A program made the position numbers and the translations under genes. A stretch of 52,590 nt of DNA from a bacterium (lineage in GTDB: Bacteria; Patescibacteriota; Minisyncoccia; Minisyncoccales; JAUYFS01). Where the stretch lies: NCBI GenBank assembly GCA_030689665.1, contig JAUYFS010000014.1, forward strand, positions 1 through 52,590, given 5' to 3'. The notes below the pieces were generated by a model, which saw nothing but the letters and a program-made list of their open reading frames with translations, had not been told where the DNA came from and made no database searches. Of this stretch, positions 1-8,520 are shown piece after piece (the first letter of the stretch is position 1; each line of letters starts with the position of its first letter).

Positions 1-1422
1 GGCGATAATGCTATTTTAAAAAAAATGAATCGCCCTTACAAAATCAGCGATTATAAAAAAATTATCAAAAAAGTAAGAGCCAAAATGCCGGACATTGCGA
101 TTTCAACTGATATTATTGTCGGTTTTCCGGGCGAAACCGAGAAACAATTTAAAAACACTGAAAAAATTTTCAAAGAAATTGAATATAATATGGCATATAT
201 TTCAGAATATTCGCCGCGCTCCGGAACCGCGGCTTTTAAGTTCAAAGATGATGTTTCAAGCCGAGAAAAAGCGAGACGCAGAAAAATACTTGAAAATTTA
301 CTGATAAAAAGCGCTCTAAAGAAAAATAAAAATCTTTTGAATAAAAAAACAAAGGTTTTGATTTATGAACAAAACAGAACAGAACTGATTGGAAAATCAG
401 AGCATTACAAAACAGTAAAAATTGTTTTGCCTGAAAAAACAAAAGAAAATTTTGTCGGCAAATTTATTGACGCAAAAATCTTAAAAGTTTTTCCTTGGGG
501 TTTAAAAGGGGAATTGATAAATAATAAATTAGTTGTGATTTTGGGGACAACAGCCGCAGGAAAAACCGATTTAGCGATTAAATTGGCAAAGGATTTTAAC
601 GGCGAGATTGTTTCTGCTGATTCAAGGCAAATTTATAAGGAGCTTGATATTGGTACGGCAAAGCCAAAATATAGAAAAAACAAAAAACAAGAAATTTTAA
701 TCGGCAATATTGTTCATCATTTTATTGATTTTATTGATTTAAAAAAGGATTTTAATGTTGCTCTTTATAAAAAACTGGCAATAGAAAAAATCAAAGAAAT
801 TCAGGAAAAAGGCAAAATTCCGTTTTTGGTTGGCGGCACTGGATTGTATATATCCGCGATTGTTGATAATTTGGAATTTCCCAAAATAATTCCTGATAAA
901 AAATTAAGAAAAAAACTTGAAAAGAAAAGTGTCAAAGAACTTTTTAAAATGTATAAAAAACTGGATCCGCAAGGCGCAAAAACAATAGAAAAGGGCAATA
1001 AAAGGCGGCTTGTGCGGGCGATTGAGGTTTCAATGTTAAGTGATAGTGTTTTTTCGCAAATTAAATCAAAAGGTACGCCGATTTTTGATATTTTGGAAAT
1101 TGGAATTGACATTGATAAATATAAGTTAAGAAAAGCGATTTATAAAAGAGTTGTTCAGATGTTTGAAAGCGGGTTGGAAAAAGAAGTTAGAAAATTAGCC
1201 AAAAAATATGGCTGGGAAAATGTTAATTTACAGACAATCGGTTATCAAGAGTGGAAAGATTATTTTGACGGAAAAATTTCCAAAGAGGAATTGCAACAGA
1301 TTATAAAAAATCACACTTGGCAATATGCCAGAAGGCAGATTACTTGGTTTAAGCGCGATGAGAGAATAAATTGGATAAAAAATTACTCAGAAGCTCAAAA
1401 ACTATTTAAAAATTTTTTATAA
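1..1422 (+). CDS. miaB-miaA: Fused tRNA-modification enzyme: C-terminal part of MiaB (radical-SAM methylthiotransferase plus TRAM) joined in frame to full MiaA (tRNA dimethylallyltransferase). The 5' end is cut by the window edge.
   Basis: Frame 1 is open from nt 1 (GDNAILKKMNRPY...). It shows IVGFPGETE and a TRAM-like end (KFIDAKILKVFPWGLKGEL). It then runs directly into the MiaA N-terminus with its P-loop (VVILGTTAAGKTDLAIKLA...SADSRQIYKELDIGTAKP) with no stop between. Confidence 0.85.
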   Translation, partial: GDNAILKKMNRPYKISDYKKIIKKVRAKMPDIAISTDIIVGFPGETEKQFKNTEKIFKEIEYNMAYISEYSPRSGTAAFKFKDDVSSREKARRRKILENLLIKSALKKNKNLLNKKTKVLIYEQNRTELIGKSEHYKTVKIVLPEKTKENFVGKFIDAKILKVFPWGLKGELINNKLVVILGTTAAGKTDLAIKLAKDFNGEIVSADSRQIYKELDIGTAKPKYRKNKKQEILIGNIVHHFIDFIDLKKDFNVALYKKLAIEKIKEIQEKGKIPFLVGGTGLYISAIVDNLEFPKIIPDKKLRKKLEKKSVKELFKMYKKLDPQGAKTIEKGNKRRLVRAIEVSMLSDSVFSQIKSKGTPIFDILEIGIDIDKYKLRKAIYKRVVQMFESGLEKEVRKLAKKYGWENVNLQTIGYQEWKDYFDGKISKEELQQIIKNHTWQYARRQITWFKRDERINWIKNYSEAQKLFKNFL

Positions 1423-1433
1423 AAATAAAAACA

Positions 1434-2210
1434 ATGGAATTTAAAGAAAAAATTAAAAACAGAAAAGGGCTAAATGTTGTTGTTTTGGTTGAACAAGCGA
1501 AAAAACAAGAAAATTTGGTTTTTTTAATGCATGGTTTTGGTTCCTTTAAAGAATTTCCTTTAATAGAAGAAATTGCGCGGATTTTTAAAGCCAACAACTT
1601 TACTGTTGTAAGATTTGACGCAACAAATAGCATTGGCGAAAGCGACGGCGAATTACAAGATGGCACAATAACCGGCTATTGCGAAGACCTAAACGATGTT
1701 ATTATTTGGGCGGAAAATCAGGAATGGCATCAAGAGCCATTTCTTTTGGCAGGCCATAGCGCTGGCGGTTATTGTGTTTCTGAATACGCGGCAGAAAATC
1801 CAAAAGAAGTTAAGGCGCTTGCGATTTTTTCTCCTTTTATTTCCGGAAAATTATTCATAGAAACCGATGAAATAAAAGCAGTATTGCCAGAGTGGGAAAA
1901 AACAGGAATAAGAAAATGGGAAAGTTCAAGCAGTCAGGGAGTTATAAAAAAATCAGGATATCAATTTATTGAAGACAGTTTAAAACTTAATATACTTGAT
2001 AGCGCTGATAAAATAAAATGTCCTGTTTTGTTTGTGTCAGGCGGAAAAGACTTAATAATTCCAATCAAAGACCAAAAATTATTTTTTGATAAATTAAATA
2101 CTCAAAAAGATTTTTATTTGATTAAAGGCGCTGACCATAACTTGAAAAACGAGGAAAATTTTCAGGATTTGCGAAAAATTGTAGAAAACTGGTCCAAAAA
2201 TTTTATTTGA
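1434..2210 (+). CDS. alpha/beta-fold serine hydrolase
   Basis: Nucleophile elbow GHSAGG, an HG-type N-terminal segment (FLMHGFGS) and a C-terminal GADH histidine motif. Confidence 0.7.
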   Translation: MEFKEKIKNRKGLNVVVLVEQAKKQENLVFLMHGFGSFKEFPLIEEIARIFKANNFTVVRFDATNSIGESDGELQDGTITGYCEDLNDVIIWAENQEWHQEPFLLAGHSAGGYCVSEYAAENPKEVKALAIFSPFISGKLFIETDEIKAVLPEWEKTGIRKWESSSSQGVIKKSGYQFIEDSLKLNILDSADKIKCPVLFVSGGKDLIIPIKDQKLFFDKLNTQKDFYLIKGADHNLKNEENFQDLRKIVENWSKNFI

Positions 2211-2257
2211 GTTTTTGATAGTTTTTTTGAACCCTGTTTTTTGATAGAATAAAAGCA

Positions 2258-3058
2258 ATGGAAAAGTATTTTGATAAAAAAAATTTCTCATTATATTTTG
2301 GAGATTCTTTAGAATTATTGAAACAATTTAAAGATGAGTCTTTTGATATGATTTTCGCTGATCCGCCTTACTTTTTGTCAAGCGGAACTTTTACATGTCA
2401 AAATGGAAAAAAAGTAAGCGTTAAAAAAGGAGATTGGGATTTGAGTAATGGATTTAAAAAGAATTTTGAATTTCAGGAAAGCTGGATTAAAGAATGCAAA
2501 AGATTATTAAAACCCAACGGGACAATTTGGGTAAGCGGAACCTATCACTCTATTTATCAGTGCGGGATTATTCTTCAAAAAGAAAATTACCACATACTAA
2601 ATGATATTTGTTGGTACAAACCAAACGCTTCTCCAAATTTGAGTTGCAGGATGTTTACCGCGAGCCATGAGAGTTTAATTTGGGCTAGAAAGGATAAAAA
2701 AGGAAAACACATTTTTAATTACGATGTGATAAGAAATTGGAAAAAAAAACCTGTGGATAAAATTCATAACACGGGGAAACAAATGAGGTCTGTTTGGGCT
2801 ATAAATACACCACCCAGAGAAGAAAAAAAATTTGGCAAACATCCAACCCAAAAACCAGCGGAATTATTAACAAGAATAATTTTAGCAAGTACCAAAAGAG
2901 GCGATAAAGTTTTAGATCCATTTACGGGAAGTTCAACAACTGGACTCGTTGCTTTTTATCTTGGGAGGAATTTTACAGGCATAGATAAAGAAAAAAAGTT
3001 TTTAGAATTGTCTATTAAAAGGTTTGAAGATTTAGAAAACAAAATTAAAACAAAATAA
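2258..3058 (+). CDS. Type II DNA methyltransferase, beta-class (motif IV before motif I), probably N6-adenine, DpnA/M.MboI-like
   Basis: FADPPYF (motif IV) lies upstream of LDPFTGSSTTG (motif I). NLSCR, WARK and GKHPTQKP blocks resemble, from memory, the DpnA-type GATC methylases. Confidence 0.85.
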   Translation: MEKYFDKKNFSLYFGDSLELLKQFKDESFDMIFADPPYFLSSGTFTCQNGKKVSVKKGDWDLSNGFKKNFEFQESWIKECKRLLKPNGTIWVSGTYHSIYQCGIILQKENYHILNDICWYKPNASPNLSCRMFTASHESLIWARKDKKGKHIFNYDVIRNWKKKPVDKIHNTGKQMRSVWAINTPPREEKKFGKHPTQKPAELLTRIILASTKRGDKVLDPFTGSSTTGLVAFYLGRNFTGIDKEKKFLELSIKRFEDLENKIKTK

Positions 3059-3060
3059 AT

Positions 3061-3585
3061 ATGAAAAGAGGGGAAATTGGAGGAGCAAATACCCAAACAG
3101 GATTAGTTTTTGAGGGAAGGGTTGATTTTTTAACTTTTATCCAAAAGCAAAAAAACTACGGTATCAAAGGAAATGTGATTTTTTATAAGGATAAAGAGGT
3201 TGGAATGAGTTTTAAAAAGCACGAACTTTATAGATTTTTAGCAAAACAAGGGGTAAATTATCTGGATTATATTTCTAGAAAAATATTACCAGACGATGCG
3301 ATTTTTGTTATAGCCAACAACACCTTATTTGTTATTGAAGTTAAATTTCAAGAGGTTGCTGGTTCAACAGATGAAAAATTACAAACATGTGATTTTAAAA
3401 TAAGGCAATATAGAAAATTATTGTCATCTTTGAATATTGATGTTGAATATATTTATATCCTAAATGATTGGTTTAAAAAACCAGAATACAAAGACGTTCT
3501 TGATTACATTATTTCTATAAAAGGTTGTTCTTACTATTTTAGTTATTTGCCCCTAAAGAAAATAGGTTTGCCGGTTCCGGATTAA
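3061..3585 (+). CDS. Putative small PD-(D/E)XK restriction endonuclease, partner of the adjacent methyltransferase
   Basis: Starts 2 nt after the MTase stop. Candidate catalytic motif PDD-x13-EVK (ILPDDAIFVIANNTLFVIEVKFQ). I recognised no other family. Confidence 0.5.
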   Translation: MKRGEIGGANTQTGLVFEGRVDFLTFIQKQKNYGIKGNVIFYKDKEVGMSFKKHELYRFLAKQGVNYLDYISRKILPDDAIFVIANNTLFVIEVKFQEVAGSTDEKLQTCDFKIRQYRKLLSSLNIDVEYIYILNDWFKKPEYKDVLDYIISIKGCSYYFSYLPLKKIGLPVPD

Positions 3586-3596
3586 AATTTTTATAT

Positions 3597-3624
3597 GAGG
3601 CTATTTTTAGCCTCTGTTTTTTTT
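3597..3624 (+). terminator. Rho-independent terminator after the R-M pair
   Basis: GAGGCT-ATTTTT-AGCCTC hairpin followed by TGTTTTTTTT. Confidence 0.7.
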
Positions 3625-3631
3625 ATTTACA

Positions 3632-3686
3632 AAGCAGGTTTGGCGGAGGCCCGACCTCCGCCAAACCTGCTTCTTGCTCACAAGAA
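3632..3686. repeat. GC-rich perfect palindrome plus a second small hairpin (REP-like)
   Basis: GCAGGTTTGGCGGAGG (3634-3649) is the exact reverse complement of CCTCCGCCAAACCTGC (3655-3670). TTCTTG-CTCA-CAAGAA follows at 3671-3686. It shares the CCTCCGCC core with the 12171 repeat. Confidence 0.7.
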
Positions 3687-3732
3687 CGAAATCCATTAAA
3701 ATACCTTAATACAAAACATTAAGATATTTTTT

Positions 3733-4419
3733 ATGATTCAAGAAGCAGCGCTAAAAGTTTCCGGAAGAATTGACCATACCAATATTGACAAAAATGCGAC
3801 AGAGGACGACATTATCAGAACCTGCAATCAGGCGAAGCAATTTAGGTTTCGCGGGGTTGATGTAAGGCCAAAATGGGTTAGTTTCGTAAAAAAAGAATTA
3901 AAAGAAACCAGCATTAAAACAATTGTTTTAGTTGACGACCCGATGGGCCTTTCTTTGCATGAGGAAAGAATGGCGATTTGTAGAAAAGCGAAAGACGACG
4001 GCACCGATGAACTTGATGTTGTTATGAATATTGTTGATTTGAAATATGAAAGATATGACAAAATTTTAGCGGATTTAAAAGAAATCGCGGCAATTGCGCC
4101 GACAAAAGTCATAATCGGCTCCGGATATTTAACAGACAAAGAAATCGCAAAAGCGTCCCAAATAGTTAAAGAGAGCGGCGCGATTTGCGTGAAGACCGCT
4201 ACAGACAAAGACCCGCTGGAAAACAGGGAATTGGGAGAAAAAGCCGAAAATCTGAAAATTATGAAAGAAAACGCGCCCGGATTATTGATTAAAGCATCTG
4301 GTTCAATCAGAAATTATGAGGATTATAAAATGATGCTTTTGGCAGGAGCTGATATTATTGGGACAAGTTCAAGCTTGGCGATTATGGAGGGATTTTATAA
4401 AACTAATTCAGAAAAATGA
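3733..4419 (+). CDS. deoC: Deoxyribose-phosphate aldolase (DeoC) family protein
   Basis: ICVKTATD (Schiff-base Lys region) and IKASGSIR motifs, with DeoC-like length. The stop overlaps the ileS start (ATGA). Confidence 0.7.
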   Translation: MIQEAALKVSGRIDHTNIDKNATEDDIIRTCNQAKQFRFRGVDVRPKWVSFVKKELKETSIKTIVLVDDPMGLSLHEERMAICRKAKDDGTDELDVVMNIVDLKYERYDKILADLKEIAAIAPTKVIIGSGYLTDKEIAKASQIVKESGAICVKTATDKDPLENRELGEKAENLKIMKENAPGLLIKASGSIRNYEDYKMMLLAGADIIGTSSSLAIMEGFYKTNSEK

Positions 4420-7256
4420 ATTTACCGGAAATAGAAAAAAAAATTCTAAAATTTTGGCAGGACAATAAAATTTTTGAGAAACTTGTAAAAAAAAATCAGG
4501 GCAAAAAGCGCTGGTCTTTTTTGGATGGCCCGATTACCGCGAACAATCCGATGGGAGTGCACCACGCTTGGGGAAGAACTTACAAGGATGTGATTCAGAG
4601 ATATAAGGCAATGAATGGATTTGATTTGCGCTATCAAAATGGTTTTGATTGCCAGGGATTATGGGTTGAGGTTGAAGTTGAAAAAGAATTGGGTTTTAAA
4701 ACAAAAAAAGACATTGAAAATTTTGGCATTGAAAAATTTGTTGAGCTTTGCAAACAAAGAGTTGAAAAATATTCAAAAATCCAAACCGAGCAGTCAATTC
4801 GTCTTGGACAATGGATGGACTGGGATAATTCCTATTTCACAATGTCAGACGAAAATAACTATGCTATTTGGTCTTTTTTGAAAAAATGCCGGGAACAGGG
4901 TTTGTTATACAAAGGAAAGGATGTTGTGCCGTGGTGTATTCGTTGCGGAACCGCGATTTCCCAGCACGAAATTTTGACCGAAGAATATAAAGAAATTACT
5001 CACAAAGCGATTTTTGTAAAATTGCCAGTTATTGGAGAGGAAAATACTTATTTTTTAGTTTGGACGACAACGCCGTGGACATTGCCGGGAAATGTGTCAT
5101 TAGCAGTAAGTCCAGATTTGGAATATGCGGAAATTAAAAACAAAGACAACGAGATTTTTATTCTTTTGAAAGACAAGGCAGAGATAATTTCTGATGGAGA
5201 AATTTTAAGAACATTCAAGGGAAAAGAATTAGAAGGAAAAGAATATCAAGGAATGTTTGATGAAATTGAAGGAGTTAAAAACGCTCTTGGCGATTATAAG
5301 CACAAAGTAATTTTATGGAAAGATGTAACTCAAGAAGAAGGAACAGGAATTGTCCACATTGCTCCTGGTTGCGGGCAGGAAGATTTTAAATTGGGAAAAG
5401 AACTAGGGCTGCCAGTGATTGATATTTTAGATGATGAAAGCAAATACAAAAAAGAATTTGGTTTTTTGGCTGAAAAATTGGCAACAACGGTAAGAGATTT
5501 CATTTTTGAAAATTTAGAAAAAAAGAAAGTCATTTTTAAAATTGAAGATTATATACACAGATATCCAACTTGCTGGAGATGCAAACAAGAATTGATTTTT
5601 AGGCTGGTTGACGAGTGGTATATTTCAATGGAAAAAATCAGGGAAAAATTAAAAAAAGTCGCTAAAGACATATTGTGGGAACCGCCTTTTGGTTTGGATA
5701 GGGAATTGGACTGGTTGGAAAATATGGGAGATTGGCTGATTTCTAAAAAAAGATACTGGGGTTTGACCTTGCCGATTTTTGAATGCGAAAAATGCGGAAA
5801 TTTTGAAGTTATTGGTTCAAAAAAAGAACTGAAAAAAAGAGTTGTTGAGGGTTGGGAAAAATTTGAGGGCCATTCGCCGCATAGACCGTGGTTGGACGCA
5901 GTAAAAATAAAGTGTTCAAAATGCGGGGAAATTGTTCCGAGAATCAAAGATGTCGGAAATCCCTGGTTGGATGCCGGAATTGCGCCGTTTTCAACAATGG
6001 GCTATTTTGAAAATAAAAAACATTGGGAAAGCTGGTTTCCCGCTGATTTTATTTGTGAGTCATTTCCAGGCCAATTTAAAAATTGGTTTTACGCAATTAT
6101 TGTAATGAGCGCTGTTTTGGAAGGCGTTGCGCCGACAAAAACAATTTTTGGTTTTGCTTCGGTTCATGACGAAAATGATGAGGAAATGCACAAATCAAAA
6201 GGCAATGCGATTTGGTTTGACGATGCAGTTGAAAAAATCGGCGCTGAAACAATGAGATGGATGTATGTAAAGCAAAATCCAGTTCTTAATCTTAGATTTG
6301 GTTGGACTGTGGCAGAAGAGACAAGGAGAAAGTTAATGACTTTATTTAATACTTTTTCCTTTTTCCATATTTATATGAAAAAAGAAGAGTTTCCGGAAAT
6401 TAAAGACGCTCCAAAAACAAAAAATATTTTAGATAAATGGATTGTTTCAAGATCAAGCTTTTTAATAAAAAAAATCACGGTTGATTTAGATAACTATAAT
6501 TTTGATGCTGCTTCGTCAGAAATTGAGAGGTTTTTTATAAACGATTTATCTCTTTGGTATTTAAGAAGGAGCAGGGATAGATTTCACCAAGGCGCTGATG
6601 GTCGCAAGCAGGCAATTGAAACTTTTTATTATATTCTTTTAAACTTAACAAAAATTATTTCTCCAATTCTTCCATTTTTATCAGAAGAATTTTATCAGGC
6701 ATTGAAAACAAAAAAAATGCCTGAATCAGTCCATTTGTGCGATTGGCCGAAAATTGATAAAAAACTGATTGACAATGACTTGGAAAAAACAATGGCAGGG
6801 GCGCGGGAAGTTGTGGCGCAAGTTTTGGCGCAAAGAGCGGAAAAAGGAATAAAAGTGAGGCAGCCATTGAGCTTGCTTAAAATTCAAGAAAAATTTCCAG
6901 AAGAAATTTTAAATATTATCAAAGATGAGGTTAATGTCAAAGAAATTCAAACAGGCAAGGAGTTTTATTTGGAAACTGAAATGAGCGCTGAACTTTTGGA
7001 AGAGGGTTGTGTCAGGGAATTTATCAGACAGGTTCAGTCAATAAGGAAAAATAAGGGTTTAACTCCCAATGATAGAATTTCAGTTGCTGTTAGCGGAGAA
7101 AAAGAAATAATTGATATTATTGTTAAAAACAAGGATTTTATTGCCAAAGAAGTTTTAGCTGACAATTTAGAAGAACGGGAACAGGGCGATAAATTTGATA
7201 AAGAAGCCAAAATTCAGGAAAAACAAATCAAAATTTCTTTGGAGGTTTTAAAATAA
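4416..7256 (+). CDS. ileS: Isoleucyl-tRNA synthetase
   Basis: HIGH-type motif (MGVHHAWGR), WTTTPWTLPGN, KMSKS-type motif (HKSKGN) and CxxC zinc knuckles. Confidence 0.93.
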   Translation: MNLPEIEKKILKFWQDNKIFEKLVKKNQGKKRWSFLDGPITANNPMGVHHAWGRTYKDVIQRYKAMNGFDLRYQNGFDCQGLWVEVEVEKELGFKTKKDIENFGIEKFVELCKQRVEKYSKIQTEQSIRLGQWMDWDNSYFTMSDENNYAIWSFLKKCREQGLLYKGKDVVPWCIRCGTAISQHEILTEEYKEITHKAIFVKLPVIGEENTYFLVWTTTPWTLPGNVSLAVSPDLEYAEIKNKDNEIFILLKDKAEIISDGEILRTFKGKELEGKEYQGMFDEIEGVKNALGDYKHKVILWKDVTQEEGTGIVHIAPGCGQEDFKLGKELGLPVIDILDDESKYKKEFGFLAEKLATTVRDFIFENLEKKKVIFKIEDYIHRYPTCWRCKQELIFRLVDEWYISMEKIREKLKKVAKDILWEPPFGLDRELDWLENMGDWLISKKRYWGLTLPIFECEKCGNFEVIGSKKELKKRVVEGWEKFEGHSPHRPWLDAVKIKCSKCGEIVPRIKDVGNPWLDAGIAPFSTMGYFENKKHWESWFPADFICESFPGQFKNWFYAIIVMSAVLEGVAPTKTIFGFASVHDENDEEMHKSKGNAIWFDDAVEKIGAETMRWMYVKQNPVLNLRFGWTVAEETRRKLMTLFNTFSFFHIYMKKEEFPEIKDAPKTKNILDKWIVSRSSFLIKKITVDLDNYNFDAASSEIERFFINDLSLWYLRRSRDRFHQGADGRKQAIETFYYILLNLTKIISPILPFLSEEFYQALKTKKMPESVHLCDWPKIDKKLIDNDLEKTMAGAREVVAQVLAQRAEKGIKVRQPLSLLKIQEKFPEEILNIIKDEVNVKEIQTGKEFYLETEMSAELLEEGCVREFIRQVQSIRKNKGLTPNDRISVAVSGEKEIIDIIVKNKDFIAKEVLADNLEEREQGDKFDKEAKIQEKQIKISLEVLK

Positions 7257-7261
7257 TCTGT

Positions 7262-7292
7262 CAGCTGAGGAGGGTCTGACCCTCCTCAGCTG
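7262..7292 (+). terminator. Terminator-like perfect hairpin after ileS
   Basis: CAGCTGAGGAGGGTC / GACCCTCCTCAGCTG around a TCTGA centre, followed by GATTTTGTT. Confidence 0.6.
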
Positions 7293-7312
7293 GATTTTGT
7301 TAAAAGTTTTTT

Positions 7313-8038
7313 ATGTTTGTTAATTATAGAACTCAGGCGATTGTTTTGGGCCGCAAAAATATCAACGAGGCTGATTCTTTGGTTTATTTTTTTACTAAAG
7401 AATTTGGTTTGCTTAAAATTTTGGGAAAATCAATCCGCAAAATTTCCTCAAAATTAAAATCCGCAGCGCGAGATTTTAATTTTGAGGAAATTGAATTTGT
7501 TCAGGGCAAGAAATTCAAGATTTTAACCGATATTTATTCTGTAAAAAAATTGCCCGAAATAAACAAGGACTTGAAAAAGAAAAAACTTTGCCATTTTATC
7601 TGCGATTTTTTTATAGAATTTGTCAGAGAGCCGGAAAAAGACCTGAAATTGTGGAACCTTTTGGCTTTTTCTTTGCAAATGACAAGGGACTGGGATAAAA
7701 ACCTATATTTGGTTTATCAGTTTTTTATTTGGAATTTTTTGAAAAACATTGGGTTTGGCATTGATTTTGAAAAATGTTTTAATTGCCATAAAAAATTAAA
7801 ACCCCAGAAAAGTTTTTATTTTACCAAAAAGGGCATTGTTTGCGATTTTTGCGAAGGGAAATCTGTTGCCGGGAAAAAAATAAAAATAAGCCAGATTACG
7901 CTTAAAATTTTAAGGACAATACAAAAAAAAGACATAAAACTTTTAAGCCGCTTGAAGGCGGCTGATAAAAATATTTTGAAAGAAATGGATTTAATGACAG
8001 CTTATTACCTTGGAATTATTCGCAAAAACGAACAATAA
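7313..8038 (+). CDS. recO: DNA repair protein RecO
   Basis: The N-terminal OB-fold pattern (AIVLGRKNINEADSLVYFFTKEFGLLKILGKS) and the C-terminal CxxC...CxxC zinc motif are typical of RecO. Confidence 0.8.
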   Translation: MFVNYRTQAIVLGRKNINEADSLVYFFTKEFGLLKILGKSIRKISSKLKSAARDFNFEEIEFVQGKKFKILTDIYSVKKLPEINKDLKKKKLCHFICDFFIEFVREPEKDLKLWNLLAFSLQMTRDWDKNLYLVYQFFIWNFLKNIGFGIDFEKCFNCHKKLKPQKSFYFTKKGIVCDFCEGKSVAGKKIKISQITLKILRTIQKKDIKLLSRLKAADKNILKEMDLMTAYYLGIIRKNEQ

Positions 8039-8049
8039 TCCGAAAACCA

Positions 8050-8084
8050 AAAGCTGTCGTGGGGTCTGACCCCACGACAGCTTT
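8050..8084 (+). terminator. Terminator-like perfect hairpin after recO, same family as 7262-7292
   Basis: AAAGCTGTCGTGGGGTC / GACCCCACGACAGCTTT. It has the same AGCTG ends and GGTCTGACC centre as the ileS hairpin. Confidence 0.6.
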
Positions 8085-8121
8085 CTCTATAATTCATACT
8101 ATATACTACATACTTCTTTCC

Positions 8122-8150
8122 TTGACAAATACAAACTAATTTGCTAATAT
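8122..8150 (+). promoter_or_regulatory. Sigma-70-like promoter (TTGACA-17-TAATAT)
   Basis: TTGACA at 8122-8127, a 17-nt spacer, and TAATAT at 8145-8150. Confidence 0.6.
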
Positions 8151-8156
8151 ATAAAT

Positions 8157-8475
8157 AGAGAGGAGTTAAATAAATAATAGTTTAGATAGCGTTTTTCCGG
8201 TTCTACAATTTTAGAAAAGAACTGGACTCAAGTAATCTTGAGAACTATCTAAACACTTAATAAGGAGGAATATATGGGTTGTCATTCCTCATGATATTAA
8301 AAGTTTTAATATCGTTGCAGGACAACCCGAATATGGAGAGCGAGAAAAAATCTTTCCAGATGAAGCGGTTCATCTCAAATAAATCGCGCATCTGAAATCT
8401 ATTTGAAAGATTTCCTTTTTCCTCTCCTTTTCCTTTTTTATACAAAGTTTTCAGGGGCCCGTCCTCTGATTTTTT
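8157..8475 (+). ncRNA. Candidate roughly 320-nt structured RNA with its own promoter and terminator (unclassified). Contains a 6-codon uORF.
   Basis: Three-way junction: P1 8180-8189/8245-8254, P2 8197-8204/8218-8225 (with one G-U valid only on +), P3 8227-8232/8237-8242. AAGGAGG at 8262-8268 lies 5 nt before ATG 8274 (MGCHSS, stop at 8292-8294) and is pairable with ATTCCTC at 8284-8290. The terminator TCAGGGG-CCCGT-CCTCTGA (8451-8469) is followed by TTTTTT. Confidence 0.45.
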
Positions 8476-8520
8476 GATTGACAAAAAGGAGAAATTTTTT
8501 ATTCTTTTTATTCTTTTAAT

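Noticed and set aside
2258-3058. Claiming GATC as the proven specificity of the R-M system and GATC depletion as evidence
   Set aside because: The family resemblance is from memory, and my GATC tally covered only part of the window by eye. I kept it as a testable suggestion, not a call.
4417-4419. Alternative genetic code (UGA recoded, as in Gracilibacteria/SR1)
   Set aside because: Conserved genes terminate at TGA at their expected lengths, for example the deoC/ileS, rplO/secY and adk/map ATGA overlaps. Conserved proteins translate without internal TGA.
4615-4881. Same-strand alternative-frame ORFs inside ileS, fusA, rplB, rpsK and mreB2 (for example 4615-4881, 9812-10036, 16553-16756, 37189-37392 and 48815-49003)
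   Set aside because: They are embedded out of frame in well-supported genes and show no protein-like features.
8257-8484. 75-aa minus-strand ORF in the recO-rpsL spacer
   Set aside because: It has no SD on the minus strand and a low-complexity, implausible sequence. It lies antisense to a region with a + strand promoter, helices (including a + strand-only G-U pair) and a terminator.
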